Below the pieces are notes generated by a model that worked only from the letters and a program-made list of their open reading frames with translations, did no database searches and was not told the origin of the DNA. A program made the translations under genes and the position numbers. 64,000 nucleotides of DNA, taken from Octopus sinensis. Its lineage: Eukaryota. This document shows, in pieces, positions 1-12,879 of this stretch (within the stretch, counting starts at the first letter, position 1; each line of letters opens with the position of its first letter). The stretch spans positions 6,510,001 through 6,574,000 of the forward strand of contig NC_043012.1 of the NCBI RefSeq assembly GCF_006345805.1, in the 5' to 3' direction.

Positions 1-4
1 TAGT

Positions 5-60
<56 letters not shown>

Positions 61-300
61 CTGATAGATAGGTAGATATATATATATATATATATATATA
101 GAAAGAGAGAGAGAGAAAGAGAAAGAGAGACAGACAGACAGACAGAGACAGAGAAAGATAGATAGAGAGAGAGAGATAGATAGATAAATAGATAGAGAAG
201 GATAGGAAGTTAGAGAGAGAGACAGAAGAGAGAAAAATAGATAGATAGAGAGATAGACAGATAGATAGAGAGAGAGAGAGAAAGAGAAAGAGATAGGCAG
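1..300. repeat. (AGAT)n/(AG)n/(TA)n compound microsatellite
   Basis: Directly visible tandem AGAT, TA and AG runs. Confidence 0.95.
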
Positions 301-919
301 ATACACAGAGAGATATCTGTAGGAATTGTTGATGAAGAAAGTTGTTACAAGTTTGCGTGATGTTCATGCTCCCGCCCTCTCTCTCTCCCTGTCTTTCTCT
401 CTTTCCCTCTTTCTCTCACTATCATTATCTCTCTGTCCCTCTACCTGTCTGTCTGTTTGTCTGTCTGTCTGTCTCCCTCAAAGGCAATATCGAACTAAAT
501 CGGAAATGGTTATAAGCAGGAAATTAAATCGAGTTATATGGATTAAGATCAGATAACTGACAGTTTACTTCTGTCTTATGTCAAGCATGCCATCGGGTCT
601 TTAATCTATAATCTCGAAAAGGTTTATTGCAGTTATTGATTTTATTGAACTGTGTCAGTCTATGGACAGCTGGTCTAATCAGCAAAGATTATTTTGTTTA
701 TATTGGATAGTGAAAATGTGACAAGGTTTGGTGAAAATACGATTAGGAATTTTTTTGCTATGAAATACAGACACAAGCGAAGATTTTTGAACAAACAACT
801 GAAAGTATGCATATGTGTGCACGTGATTACATGAACACACACACACATAGATATATTGCATGTATGTAATATATATTTATATATATATATTTTTTTTCTC
901 TTTCTCTCTCTCTCTCTCT

Positions 920-958
<39 letters not shown>

Positions 959-1157
959 CAGTATAATATATATTTATATATTTGTAGAAATTCTGACACA
1001 AGATATTTGGATTACCTGGCATGAATGAAGATTTACCTGGGATCTGTATTCTACTTACATTTACTGGTGTCTAATTGTTGAACATTCATAACCAAATTCT
1101 TTTAATACTGAGTGCTTTATAGATATCTGCCAGGAACTTTTAATCCCATTTTTTCTT

Positions 1158-1558
1158 GAGTGGCTGTGTGGTAAATAGCTTGCTAACCAACCCCATGGTT
1201 CCGGGTTCATTCCCACTGCGTGGCATCTTGGGCAAGTGTCTTCTGCTATAGCCTCGGGCCGACCAAAGCCTTGTGAGTGGATTTGGTAGACGGAAACTGA
1301 AAGAAGCCCGTCGTATATATGTGTATATATATGTATATGCGTGTATGTTTGTGTGTCTGTGTTTGTCCCCCTAGCATTGCTTGACAACCGATGCTGGTGT
1401 ATTTACGTCCCTGTCACTTAGCGGTTTGGCAAAAGAGACCAATATAATAAGTACTGGGCTTACAAAAAATAAGTCCCGGGGTCGAGTTGCTCGACTAAAG
1501 GTGGTGCTCCAGCATGGCCGCAGTCAAATGACTGAAACAAGTAAAAGAGTAAAAGAAT
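1158..1558 (+). mobile_element. tRNA-headed SINE, family A (most abundant family here), near full length
   Basis: A-box-like TGGCTGTGTGG, B-box-like GGTTCA(G/T)TCCC, CORE-like CCTTGGGCAAGTG, internal (TA)/(TG) microsatellite, 3' (GTAAAAGA)-type tail; about 20 full or partial copies in the window. Confidence 0.85.
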
Positions 1559-1800
1559 ATATATATATATAACTATATGGACATTCGAGACTCCGACTGA
1601 AGAAGCAATTGGCTGTCAATGATCCGTGTATCTTGTTTTGTCCCTTTTGGCATTGCTGTGCTATCGCACTGTTCCTGTTTGTTATGTTTTGACAATTTCC
1701 TTTTGTGGTGCTTTTTACTTTTAATTTATCCATGCACAGCTATGTACAATTTGGTGTTTACTTTGTAAAAAAAAAGATACCCCTTATATATATATATATG

Positions 1801-2038
1801 AACGTTTTTACTCCCTTACCTTTACTCCCTCCCCTCACTTAGTGGTCATTCTAATAGCTCTTTTGTCTTAATAACGGTCAATCACACAGTAATTTCCCTT
1901 TGTCTAACGGTCATTTTCATAGCATTTTTTTCTATGGCCCAATAACTGAAGAGATGGTGGCATGGGTTTCTGCCCTGACATCCAAAACTTGGAGTTTTAT
2001 CATGGCTACCGAATAATTGTCACATATTATATTTACAG

Positions 2039-2040
<2 letters not shown>
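1801..2040 (+). mobile_element. Short TA-flanked element carrying a degenerate type-I hammerhead motif (1942-2000)
   Basis: ATAA-CTGAAGA-GATG...CATC-C[A]AAA-CT-tgg-AG-T-T-TTAT; stems I, II and III can form; G12 is replaced by A. Confidence 0.5.
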
Positions 2041-2093
<53 letters not shown>

Positions 2094-2319
2094 TATTTTT
2101 CTATTCATACATACATACATACAAGAATAGCTGTGCATTGAAAAATTTGCTTTCCAAGTACATGGTTTTAAGTTGAGTGACATTGCATGGTCATAGCCCC
2201 TTCTGTCTTCTGCTAAAGACCATGGTAGCTGACCAAAACCTGGTGAGTGAATTTGGTGGACAGCAACTGAGAGAAAACCATCACATGTGAGTGTATGTGT
2301 GTGTGTTTGTGTGTGAGCC

Positions 2320-2914
2320 ATCTTCCTTGGCTCCAAAATAAATCGAGATGGTGACTGCACTCCAGAAATAAGACGGCGGATAGTACTAGGCAGAGAGACA
2401 ATGGTCAGCATGAGCAGGGTCTGGAAGAGTAGAGACATCAGACTCGCTACCAAATGCGGATTGGTGAATGCAATTGTCTTCCCAATAGCAACATATGGAT
2501 GCGAGACCTGGACACTAAAGAAAGCTGATCACGAAGAGAATTAATGCATTCGAGCTTTGGTGTTGGAGAAGACTTTTTTACGGATTCCATGGACAGCGAG
2601 GGCTCTCCCATGGAGAGAGTTCTTAAGCAGATCAGGCCAAAAATGTCGCTAGAAGCTAAGATCACCAAGCATAGATTGGCATATTTCGGTCATATTATCC
2701 GGAGAAAATCCCTGGAGAAGGACATCATGCTCGGAATGGTCAGTGGCAAGAAAGGAAGAGGCCGACCAAGAACCTGCTGGCTTGACTCCATCAAGAGGGA
2801 TACCAGAATGGACATAGCCAATCTGAAAGAAGCGGCCCAAGCTAGAACTGACTGGAGGTCACTGATCGAACAAGTGACCGAGAGTCGACTTTGACTGAGC
2901 AGATAGATAGATAG
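2320..2914 (+). mobile_element. RTE-clade (BovB-like) LINE, 5'-truncated 3' end, frameshifted
   Basis: Translates IFLGSKINRDGDCTPEIRRRI...FPIATYGCETWTLKK / FELWCWRR / LAYFGHIIRRKSLEKDIMLGMVSGKKGRGRPRTCWLD; (AGAT)n tail. Confidence 0.9.
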
Positions 2915-2961
2915 TGTGTATGCATGTTTATGTGTGAGTGTGGGGGCATTGTGTTCCTTTG

Positions 2962-3345
2962 TCTGCTGTGGAGTACAGATCTTCTTGAGTACAGTAAGGC
3001 GCCATGCATTTCGGTCCTTTGTCATCTCATCTGAAAGGTTAAGCATCCTGCAGCCATTCTTCAGTCTTTCATCCCATGTCTTCCTGGGTCTTTCATTTCC
3101 ACGTGTTCCATCTACTTTGAGAAGTCAGCACCTCTTTACAGAGCTGTCAGCTGACCAAACCAGTGCAGTCTTCTCTCTTGCACACAGCAAATAATTCCTT
3201 TTATACTAACTTCTCTCTCAAAACACAAGCACTCTGTTTAACACTTAGATTAGACATCCAACAGAGCATACTAGCCTCATTCCTTTCTAACATTTGCATA
3301 TCTTCTGCATTCAAGACCCACATCTCACTACCATGTTGCATTGTT
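2962..3345 (-). mobile_element. Second RTE-clade LINE 3' fragment, degenerate, tail-to-tail with the previous one
   Basis: Minus strand HGSEMWVLNAEDMQMLERNEASMLCWM ... RPRKTWD ... MTKDRNAWRLTV, matching RTE C-terminal motifs. Confidence 0.75.
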
Positions 3346-3479
3346 ATTATGTACATATGCGTATGCATGTGTGTACATCTTCTACGGGTCCATAGGTGAG
3401 GACTCTGTTGAATCCTTAGCACAAAACAGAATAGGAAGATTAGCTAAACTGGATATATAATACTGTACACCTTGGAAAA

Positions 3480-4040
<561 letters not shown>

Positions 4041-4152
4041 TGACAGATACATGGAATCCCTAGAGTGAAACCAATTGGTAAGATCAGCTATAATGGATAT
4101 ATAATCCGTACCCTTCAGATAATATATATATATATATATATATAATAGTATG

Positions 4153-4224
<72 letters not shown>

Positions 4225-4280
4225 CTATATCTATATAATATAATATATATATATATATATATATATAGTTATATATATAT

Positions 4281-4338
4281 TTGTTCCATGTCCGCGCGGT
4301 GTTGTGTTTTTTTTTGTCCTTTCATGTTTGGATTAACT
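4281..4338 (+). mobile_element. 3' fragment of hammerhead-bearing family E element (no ribozyme in this copy)
   Basis: ttgttcca.gtcc..gcg.tgttgtgtttt...tgtttggattaact matches the 3' ends of 9321-9531 and 32887-33098. Confidence 0.7.
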
Positions 4339-4665
4339 TAATATATATATATATTATATATATATATATATATAGACAGATAAATAGATACATGCAATTT
4401 CGATTACAATGGATTCATAGAAGATCAAGGCATATCAAAGTGAAGTATGCCACTAATTGGCCAGACAGAATCATGTGGAGCAGACAGTGAAGTAATCCAT
4501 TATAAGTGTAAGGGAGGCATAGAGGAATTACAGACAATGTTGTAAGGTAATCCATGATTCCAATAGTATTCCAAAGAATCCATTGAAGGAATCTTAAATG
4601 TGGCATAAAAGCATAATGAAAAGACAAATATTACATATATATACATATTATATATATAAAAATAA

Positions 4666-4770
4666 ATATAAGAGAGTGGTCACTATATGGCTCACTCTAG
4701 CACTAGTAAATCCGAAACCTTTTGGATTTACTAGTGCTAGAGTGAGCCATATAGTGACACTCTCTTATAT
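4666..4770. repeat. Near-perfect ~51-bp-arm palindrome (fold-back) with a 2-nt loop
   Basis: Arms atataagagagtg(g)tcactatatggctcactctagcactagtaaatcc(g)aaa and its reverse complement; one bulge and one G:T. Confidence 0.92.
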
Positions 4771-4901
4771 TATTATTTGTATAAAACATTATAATATATT
4801 ATAAATATTATATATAATCCAGGTTTCTCGGGGCACTGGGCCACTTGTGTTGAATAGATATATACTATAAATTAGTATCTAATTCTCTCACCCTTATTAA
4901 C

Positions 4902-4943
<42 letters not shown>

Positions 4944-4969
4944 CGCGCACATACATTACACACACACCA

Positions 4970-5003
<34 letters not shown>

Positions 5004-5532
5004 CAACATATATACATACACATATTAATACATGAATTATTATTATTTTTTCTTTGTTTTATATCCAGCAATTAAAAACAGCATGTAAGTTATCATTGCT
5101 ATAACAGTTTACCCAGAAATAAATAATATCTTTATAAATATGTAAATTGAATTTTATACTGTCTAAAGAAATCTTTGTGAAAAAAAGATAATTTAAAAAA
5201 AAATAGAATAAAACTTTCACCACCCACAACCAAAATCTAAAAATATATTCAATGTCAGCGTTACAAAATATACATACATGCATACATACATACATACATA
5301 CATACATACATACATACATACATACACACACACATACATACATACATACATATATATATATATATGTCTGTGTGTGTATATATATACATATATATATATA
5401 TTTATACATATATGTATATATATATATGTGTGTATGTGTGTGTATATATATATATACACTATATATACACACATATATATGTACATAGATATAAGCATAT
5501 TGAGAAAGGTAAGAATGGAAGACTCTACTTAC

Positions 5533-5811
5533 ATTGAACCACAAGGTTCATTGATTTCTCTGATATTAGTGCACCGTATACATGTGATTCTGATTTTGCA
5601 GTGCAAGTGTACTGCCCTGCTTGATTTCTGCTGATATTCTTCAGTTCCAGAAACATAGGACTATTCTCAAATGTATGGCTGTCATTTTGTAAAACTTCTC
5701 CAAATTGCAATGATACTTGCGGACTTGGGTTACCTTCGGCTGAACATTGGAGCGTAATGTCTTGACTTTCACTGACAGTGGAATTTTCTGTCAGTTCAAT
5801 TGCCGGACGGT
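5533..5811 (-). CDS. Internal coding exon C of the same Ig-superfamily gene; one Ig domain
   Basis: Acceptor tttctctaaatattcacAG, donor T|GTAAGT; 279 nt, phase 1/1; YRPAIELTENSTVSESQDITLQCSAEGNPSPQVSLQFGEVLQNDSHTFENSPMFLELKNISRNQAGQYTCTAKSESHVYGALISEKSMNLVVQ, with LxC..EGNPxP and GxYxC Ig motifs. The gene continues beyond both window ends. Confidence 0.9.
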
Positions 5812-6559
5812 CTGTGAATATTTAGAGAAAGAAAAAAAAAAGACACATTATGTTAGCATATCTTGCATTTACAACAAAACATTAAATATTAAGAAAACAA
5901 GAACAATCTTGATCCTTGGACTCACAACATTGGTCACCCAAATTCCATGGTGTATACGTGACTGGGATCCTAATAATCTCTCTGAATAGGATGCCAGTCC
6001 ATTGTTGGATTACACATCTGCAGCTCAGCAGACTGAAGTAATGTAAAATGAAGCTTTTTGCTCAAAAAACACAACACACTGCCAATATGGGAAATGAAAC
6101 CACAATCTTGCAATCATGAATCTAGTACCCTAACCACTAAACTACACACCTTCACCCATAAAATATTACATCTCCATTAAATATTAACTCTACACTCATC
6201 TTTCTCTTTATATCTCTCTGTCATGCCAAATAGTTCCTCTGTTTGACATGACAGATGGCCACCACTAGTGAACAACAAGTGTATTTCCCAGGAACGTATC
6301 AATATTCATTCATCCACAGAATAGTGAAAATGATCATTTGCAGCAATGAGCTCTACCACCCTGTGTTACCTACTTACAGCTGGGTGGACTGAGCTACTAA
6401 GGTTAAGTGCTTAAAATGAACCCACGACAATTAGGTTATGGTTTCAAGCTGAGTATTATATACCCTTGTAATGATTCAAATAGGTTTCCACATTAGTTGG
6501 CACAAGAAAGTATCAAACTTCTGTGAAAAAGCAAAACAAAACAAAACAGGAATAACTAA

Positions 6560-7010
6560 TCCTTATCATTAAGAGGCTGCTTACTCAGGGATGAAATGCA
6601 AAAGTAAAACACACACACACACACACACACATACAAACACGAACACATGCACATACACAAGCACACACACAAACATACAAACACACACACATACACAAAA
6701 ACACGAACACACACACATACACAAGAACACACATACACAAACACACACACACAAACACATACAGAAACACACACAAACACAAACACACACAAACTCACAT
6801 ACACAAACAGAAATACACACACAAGCACACACAAAGTCACACACAAACACACATGCACACACACACACACATACACACACAAATACATAGAAACACAAAA
6901 GAATTATAGAATAACGTGTGTGCTTCTCTTTGTAATATTCAAGACACATATACACAAACGTGATATTCAAGACACATCTACATACACACAAATATGCAAA
7001 TATACACAAA
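6560..7010. repeat. Degenerate (CA)n-rich low-complexity tract
   Basis: Directly visible; produces spurious His-Thr and Cys-Val ORFs. Confidence 0.9.
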
Positions 7011-7367
7011 TACTATAACATTTAATCACACATTGTGTATAACCTCATTGTGATATTCAATTTCACTCTGCATAAATTCTGGTTAATTTAGCATAATTCA
7101 ACTCTTTAAGTTGCTTAACAAAATGGTAAGTATTCTTGGAACTGCACTCTATCTAACTTTACTGATACAGACATTGAATGTTTCTTCATAAAGAATTACT
7201 GTTGCTGATTTGAGCAGATAGGAAATATTATATTTGTAAAGAAAAATATACCCGTTTCACCTACAAATAAATAAATAAATAAATAAAACTTGTAACAAAT
7301 CGATCAAAAGTTCTTCCATCAATGAAAGTTTATATTGCCTTTGTGATGTTTCTGGTTGATTTGAATT

Positions 7368-7402
<35 letters not shown>

Positions 7403-7493
7403 ATATACATACATACATATATATATATATAATGTATATATGTATATATATACATACATATATATATGTGCATATATATATGTGCATATATTA

Positions 7494-7540
<47 letters not shown>

Positions 7541-7594
7541 ACGATATATATGTGTGTGTATGTGTGTGTGTGTATATATATATATGCATGTATG

Positions 7595-7629
<35 letters not shown>

Positions 7630-8599
7630 ATGCATGTATGTATGTTTGCATGCTTGTTTGCCTGCATATATGTAGTGTGTATGTTGAATTAAAAAAAATG
7701 AAAAAAAAAAAATGAAGGATGAAAGAGGATAAAAATTTTTCTCCAGACTGTAAAAAGAGAAAAAAAAGCCCTGACTTTTGCTGCTGCTGATATAAAAGTA
7801 CATTGAGAGATTTATTGAGATGTTCTGCTGTTAGGACTGCTTTGGGTAATAATAGTTTGTTGGGGATTAAGATTAAGACTAGAGATATGACATGATGCAG
7901 CAAAAATAATGATTTCTAACTTAGACACAACACTACCTGGTCATCATCATCATCATCATCATCACCACTACCACCAACCATCATCATCAGCAGCAGCAGC
8001 ACTCTGCCGTTCAAGAATTTGGACCTGGAGATCTCCATTTCCAGCGACTTTGAGGGCAACCTGCCAGTGGTGTCTGGCGTCAATGAAGAGCCCTCGACTA
8101 CAACAAGACGACCAAAGTTTTTTTTTTTCCAAGGTCTGGGGGTCTCCCGCCCCTAAGCCCTAGACCATCACCTAATCACCCTTACCCATCTTGTTGCTTA
8201 ACAACAACAACAACAACAACACCAGCAGCAGCAGCACCAAAACCACCACCACTACCATCGTCATTCAATGCCCATGTTCCACGCTGGTATGGGTTGGACA
8301 GTTTGACAGGATCAGATGGAGGCCTAAGGACTGCATCATGTTCCAACGTTTGTTCTGGCACTGTTCCTACAGCTAGGTGTCCTCCTTTCTAATGCCAACC
8401 CTTTTACAGCACATATTTGGTGCACCAGCATGAGGTGACCGTGCCATGTAGCTTGCAAGTCTATAAACTCTGAGGTGAGCAACTTTATGATAAGAGATGA
8501 CAAGTAGAGAAGAGTAAAGAATAAAAGGAAAAGGGCGGGGCAGAACAGGTTTCTTGTTACAAGAACTTGTTACAAGAAGAGCTTCATAAATATTCTTTT

Positions 8600-8968
8600 A
8601 TTATTCTTTTACTTGTTTCAATCATTTGACTGCAGCCATGCTGGAGCACCACTTTTAGTTGTAAAAACTGACTCCAGGACTTCTTTTTATGCCTAGTACT
8701 TATTCTCTCTTTTGCCAAACCGCTAAGTTATGAGGACGTAAAGGCACCAACATCGGTTGTCAAGAAATGGTGTGGGGACAAACACAGACATAAATACATA
8801 CATACATACGGGCTTCTTTCAGTTTCCATCTACCAAAAAATTCACAAGTCTTTGTTCAGCCTGAGGCTATAGTAGAAGACACTTGCCTGAGGTGCCATGC
8901 AGTGGGACTGAACCCAGAACCATGTGGTTGGGAAGCAAGCTTCTTACCACATAGCAACTCCTGCGCTT
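8600..8968 (-). mobile_element. SINE family A copy (reverse orientation)
   Basis: Reverse complement of 1158-1558, ending ctcctgcgc (5' head). Confidence 0.85.
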
Positions 8969-9320
8969 ATATTCAATCTTTCATCTTTTATCATTAAATT
9001 GTTTCAGTTATTAGACTGCGGCCATGCTGGGGCACTACCTTGAAAAATTTTTAGACATCTAAATTGACATCAGTACTTATCATTTAAAACCTAGAACTTA
9101 TTCAATAGGTCTCTTTTGCCAAACTGCTAAGTTATGGGTGTTGTAAACACACCAAAACTGGTTGTCCAGCAGTGGTGGGGAACAAACACAGACACAAAGA
9201 CATACACACTCATATATATATATATATATAATAATATATATATATATATATTTATATATGAATATAATATATATATATATGTGTGTATATATATATAGTT
9301 ATATGTGTATATAGCAATAT

Positions 9321-9531
9321 ATGTGACCGCATGTGTATCATTGGCGATTTTTTTTCCTCCGTCTTCCCTTCCTTGGATCTTTCCCTTTCCTATGTTTCTG
9401 ATGAAGAGCTTCACTCGAAATGTTAAATCCTCCTTCTTTCTTTCCTTTCCTGAGCATCCAATAATACTATACTTGTTCCATGTCCTTGCGTTGTTGTGTT
9501 TTCTCTTTGTGTTTACGTGTTTGGATTAACT
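9321..9531 (+). mobile_element. Family E short element (probably a Penelope-type terminal-repeat derivative) flanked by (TA)n
   Basis: Reverse-complement homologue of 32887-33098; contains a hammerhead motif. Confidence 0.75.
9394..9428 (+). ncRNA. Minimal type-I hammerhead ribozyme motif, catalytic core intact
   Basis: GTTT-CTGATGA-A-GAGC-ttc-ACTC-GAAA-TG-T-T-AAAT: CUGANGA and GAAA present, GUU cleavage triplet, stems weakened by transitions relative to the 33-kb copy. Confidence 0.75.
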
Positions 9532-9929
9532 TTATATGTGTATCTATATATATACATATATACATACATATATACATACATATATATATATATATATGCA
9601 TATATATATATATATATGTATGTATATATGCAATGGGCTTTCAGTTTCCATTTACTGAATCTTCTCACAAGGTTTTGGTAAATCCGAGGCTATAGAATGT
9701 GCTGGGACTGAAACCAGAGCCATGTCATTTGTCATTAAAGCTTATGGGAAATAGATTTGTTATACTTCTACAAGAAACAAAATATTTTAGTATTTTTTTA
9801 TACAATTCCTAATGATGTTTAATTAAAAAGTAAAAAACCAACGAGCTTTCTTTTAGCATGAAATGACTAGGGGGTGGGGACCAGTAGTAAAAGGTTTAGA
9901 TAAAGTTACCAAGTTACCTTTTCAAGTCA

Positions 9930-10150
9930 TACTGATTCATAAGGGCCAGTTTCCCAATTCCATGGCATGTATATTCCTCACCTGGGTTACCGGTCCGTCG
10001 CAAGGTTACTTATTATTTGCCAGCTGGGTGGACTGGAGCAACGTGAAATGAAGTGTTTTGTTCAAGAACACAATGCATCGCTCGGTCAAAGGATCGAAAC
10101 CACAATCTTATGATCATTGAGTCCAACACTTGTAACCACTAAGCCACATG
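9930..10150 (-). mobile_element. tRNA-headed SINE family F (head cgtggcttagtggt...gtttcgat); related copies near 6040-6150, 29270-29365 and 59720-59997
   Basis: Shared A-/B-box-like head and TGTGTTCTTGAGCAA core among copies. Confidence 0.65.
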
Positions 10151-10256
10151 GCACAACAAGGATGGAAGGCAATGCTGACCTTAGTGGAATTTGAACTCTG
10201 AACCTGAAGACACATGAAATGCCACCTCCCCAGCATTGGGTAAAATGGGACCCAAA

Positions 10257-10489
10257 GGCGAGCGAGCTGGCATAAATGTTAGCACGCCAGGCGAAATGCT
10301 TGGCGGTATTTCGTCTGCCGTTACGTTCTGAGTTCAAATTCCGCCGAGGTCGACTTTGCCTTTCGTCCTTTTGGGGTCGATTAAATAAGTACCAGTTACA
10401 CACTGTGGTCGATATAATCGACTTAATCCATTTGTCTGTCCTTGTTTATCCCCTCTGTGTTTAGTCCCTTGTGGGTAGTAAAGAAATAG
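10257..10489 (+). mobile_element. tRNA-headed SINE family B (Meta-SINE-like domain); other copies near 14670, 35280-35550, 37050-37410, 38170-38380 and 60285-60690
   Basis: Head GGCGAGCTGGCA...GAGTTCAAATTCC, then GCCTTTC(A/G)TCCTTT.GGGGTCGAT..ATAAGTACCAG, which resembles the Meta-SINE conserved domain (recalled, not verified); other copies end in (ATT)n. Confidence 0.75.
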
Positions 10490-10848
10490 GATGGAACCCA
10501 AAGAGCAAAATAGGAATCAAAAGAGTTCATAGGCAAAAAATGGTTGAGAACCACTGGTCTAATTTATTTACATCATAATCATCATCATCGTCATCGTCAT
10601 CCTCCTCCTCCTCATCATCATCATCGTTTAATGTCCATCTTCCATGCAAGCATGTATAGCATAGTTCACAAGAGTTGGCCAGGTAGGAAAACTATCCTAA
10701 GCTACTGTGTCTGTTTTGGCAGTGTTTTTACAGCTGGATGCCCTTCCTAACACCAACCACACTGCACAGTGACACTAGCACAGTGCTTTTTATGTGGCAC
10801 TAACACAGGTGAGGTTAGTTTTGGCATGATTTATTTACCTACCTGTAT

Positions 10849-10880
<32 letters not shown>

Positions 10881-11529
10881 TACTTAATGTACCATCAACG
10901 TTTTAACATCTACCATTCCATGCTTGAATGGATTAAACGGTATCCATTGATGCAGATTTTCTATGACCAGGTACTCTTCTTCCTACCAAGTCTCACCTGC
11001 AATATTTCTCCATAGCCGGACATGGGGAAGACTGGAGGTGAGTGACATCACTAGTATAATGCCAAGAGAAAGTGACACAGACACACAAACATGTGTGTGT
11101 ATGTATATATCATCATCATCATCATCATTATCATTTAATGTCCATCATCCATGCCAGCATGGGTGCGAAGGTACCACAAGAGCCGGTCAGGCCAAAGCCT
11201 GCACTAGAATTCTGTGACTGTTTTGGCAAGGGTTTTACAGCTGGATGCCCTTCCAAATGCCAACCACTTTACAGTGTGGACCGGGTGCTTTTAAGCGGCA
11301 CCTGCACCTGACAGGGTCACCAAGTACTTGCAAGAAAAGAAGTAAAAAAACAGCAGGATACTTCCAGCTTTGTTCTGTCAAATCAGCTTTCAAAGCTTTG
11401 GTTGGTTCGGGGCCACAGTTTGAGATATTTCCCCAAAGTGCTATGCAGTGGGACTGAACCTGGAACCATGAAGTTAGGAAGTGAACTTCTTAACCACACA
11501 GCTGTGCCCTTGCTTATATGTATGTATGT

Positions 11530-11758
11530 GTATATTCTTTTATTATTTTACTTGTTTCAGTCATTTGACTGTGGTCATGCTGGAGCACTGGCTTCAGTTG
11601 AGCAAATCAACCCCAGAACTTATTCTTTGTAAGCCTGGTACTTATTCTATCAGTCACTTTTGCTGAACCGCTAAGCTATGGGGACGTAAACATACCAGCA
11701 TTGGTTGTCAAGTGATATTGGGGAGACAAACACAGACACACAAACACACACACGCACG

Positions 11759-11812
<54 letters not shown>

Positions 11813-11995
11813 GAGATATATATAGATATATATACGATGGGCTTGTTTCAGTTTCTGTCTACCAAATCCACTCACAAAGCTTTGGTTGGCCTGAGGCCAT
11901 AGTATAAGACATTTGCCCAAGGTGCCAGACAGTGGGACTGAACCCGGAACAATGTGTTCGGGAAGTAAGCTTCTTATCATACAGCCATAGCTGCG
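11530..11995 (-). mobile_element. SINE family A copy
   Basis: Reverse complement of the family A sequence. Confidence 0.85.
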
Positions 11996-11997
11996 CC

Positions 11998-12044
<47 letters not shown>

Positions 12045-12879
12045 CATACATGCATATGTGTGCGTGTGTGTGTATATATATAATATATATATATATATAT
12101 ACATACACATACACTCACATACTAACATACACATACTAACACCCACACACATACATGCATATATATATATATATGTATATATGATCATACATAGCACATA
12201 AGAATCAATAAAGAAATGGGGAAGAACTTATCAGTGTGACAACAAACTTATGATAAGTCATTCCTCAGAAAGTTTTTAAAAAGAACCTAAAAACAAAAAA
12301 AAAGAAACAAAGATCAAAAAGACCCCAGTAAATTGCCAAAAGTAGGTCCTGAAAACACACACACAAACACATTCATACGTGCAAACAAATATACAGACCC
12401 CCAAACGTGCAAACACATACATTTACTTCTCTCAAATATGAAGCTGTTAGGCAGGAAAAGATGCGTGAATATAGATGTACTGAAGCCAGTGTTAGTCACC
12501 GGTTGTGTTTCTACTTGAAATGCAGTCTTGTTAATGTAATTATTTGCTCGAATGCTTGATCAATGAACTGTTAGTTTCATCATTGAGACAGTCATCCAGA
12601 CATTGTGTACAGGGCCTCTTTACAAGTGAGCAGTAATAGCATGGTTCTGTTTTCCTTTTATATTTATCTAAAAATCTTGAAACTCGGGAACTTTGGTATA
12701 AACTCAATAATAAAAAGAAATTGTGAAAATGGTGGAGAAGCGAAATAACTAAATGGATATAAAAAGAAATTGATTTACAATTCACAGGTTTTGAGTTCAA
12801 GTTAAATCTGTGGTGAATTTTTGTTTGGTTGCTGTGACATATTTAGGTAGTCATATTTAATTTGATGTGACAACGATAA

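Noticed and set aside
1000-1157. Extra minus-strand exon suggested by three donor-like sites (GTAAGT, GTAAAT, GTAATC)
   Set aside because: No phase-1-compatible open frame with a credible acceptor, and no Ig motifs.
1570-1786. Hammerhead at CTGAAGA (~1597)
   Set aside because: No GAAA or stem II/III follows. It may be a deleted copy of a TA-flanked element, but this is unsupported here.
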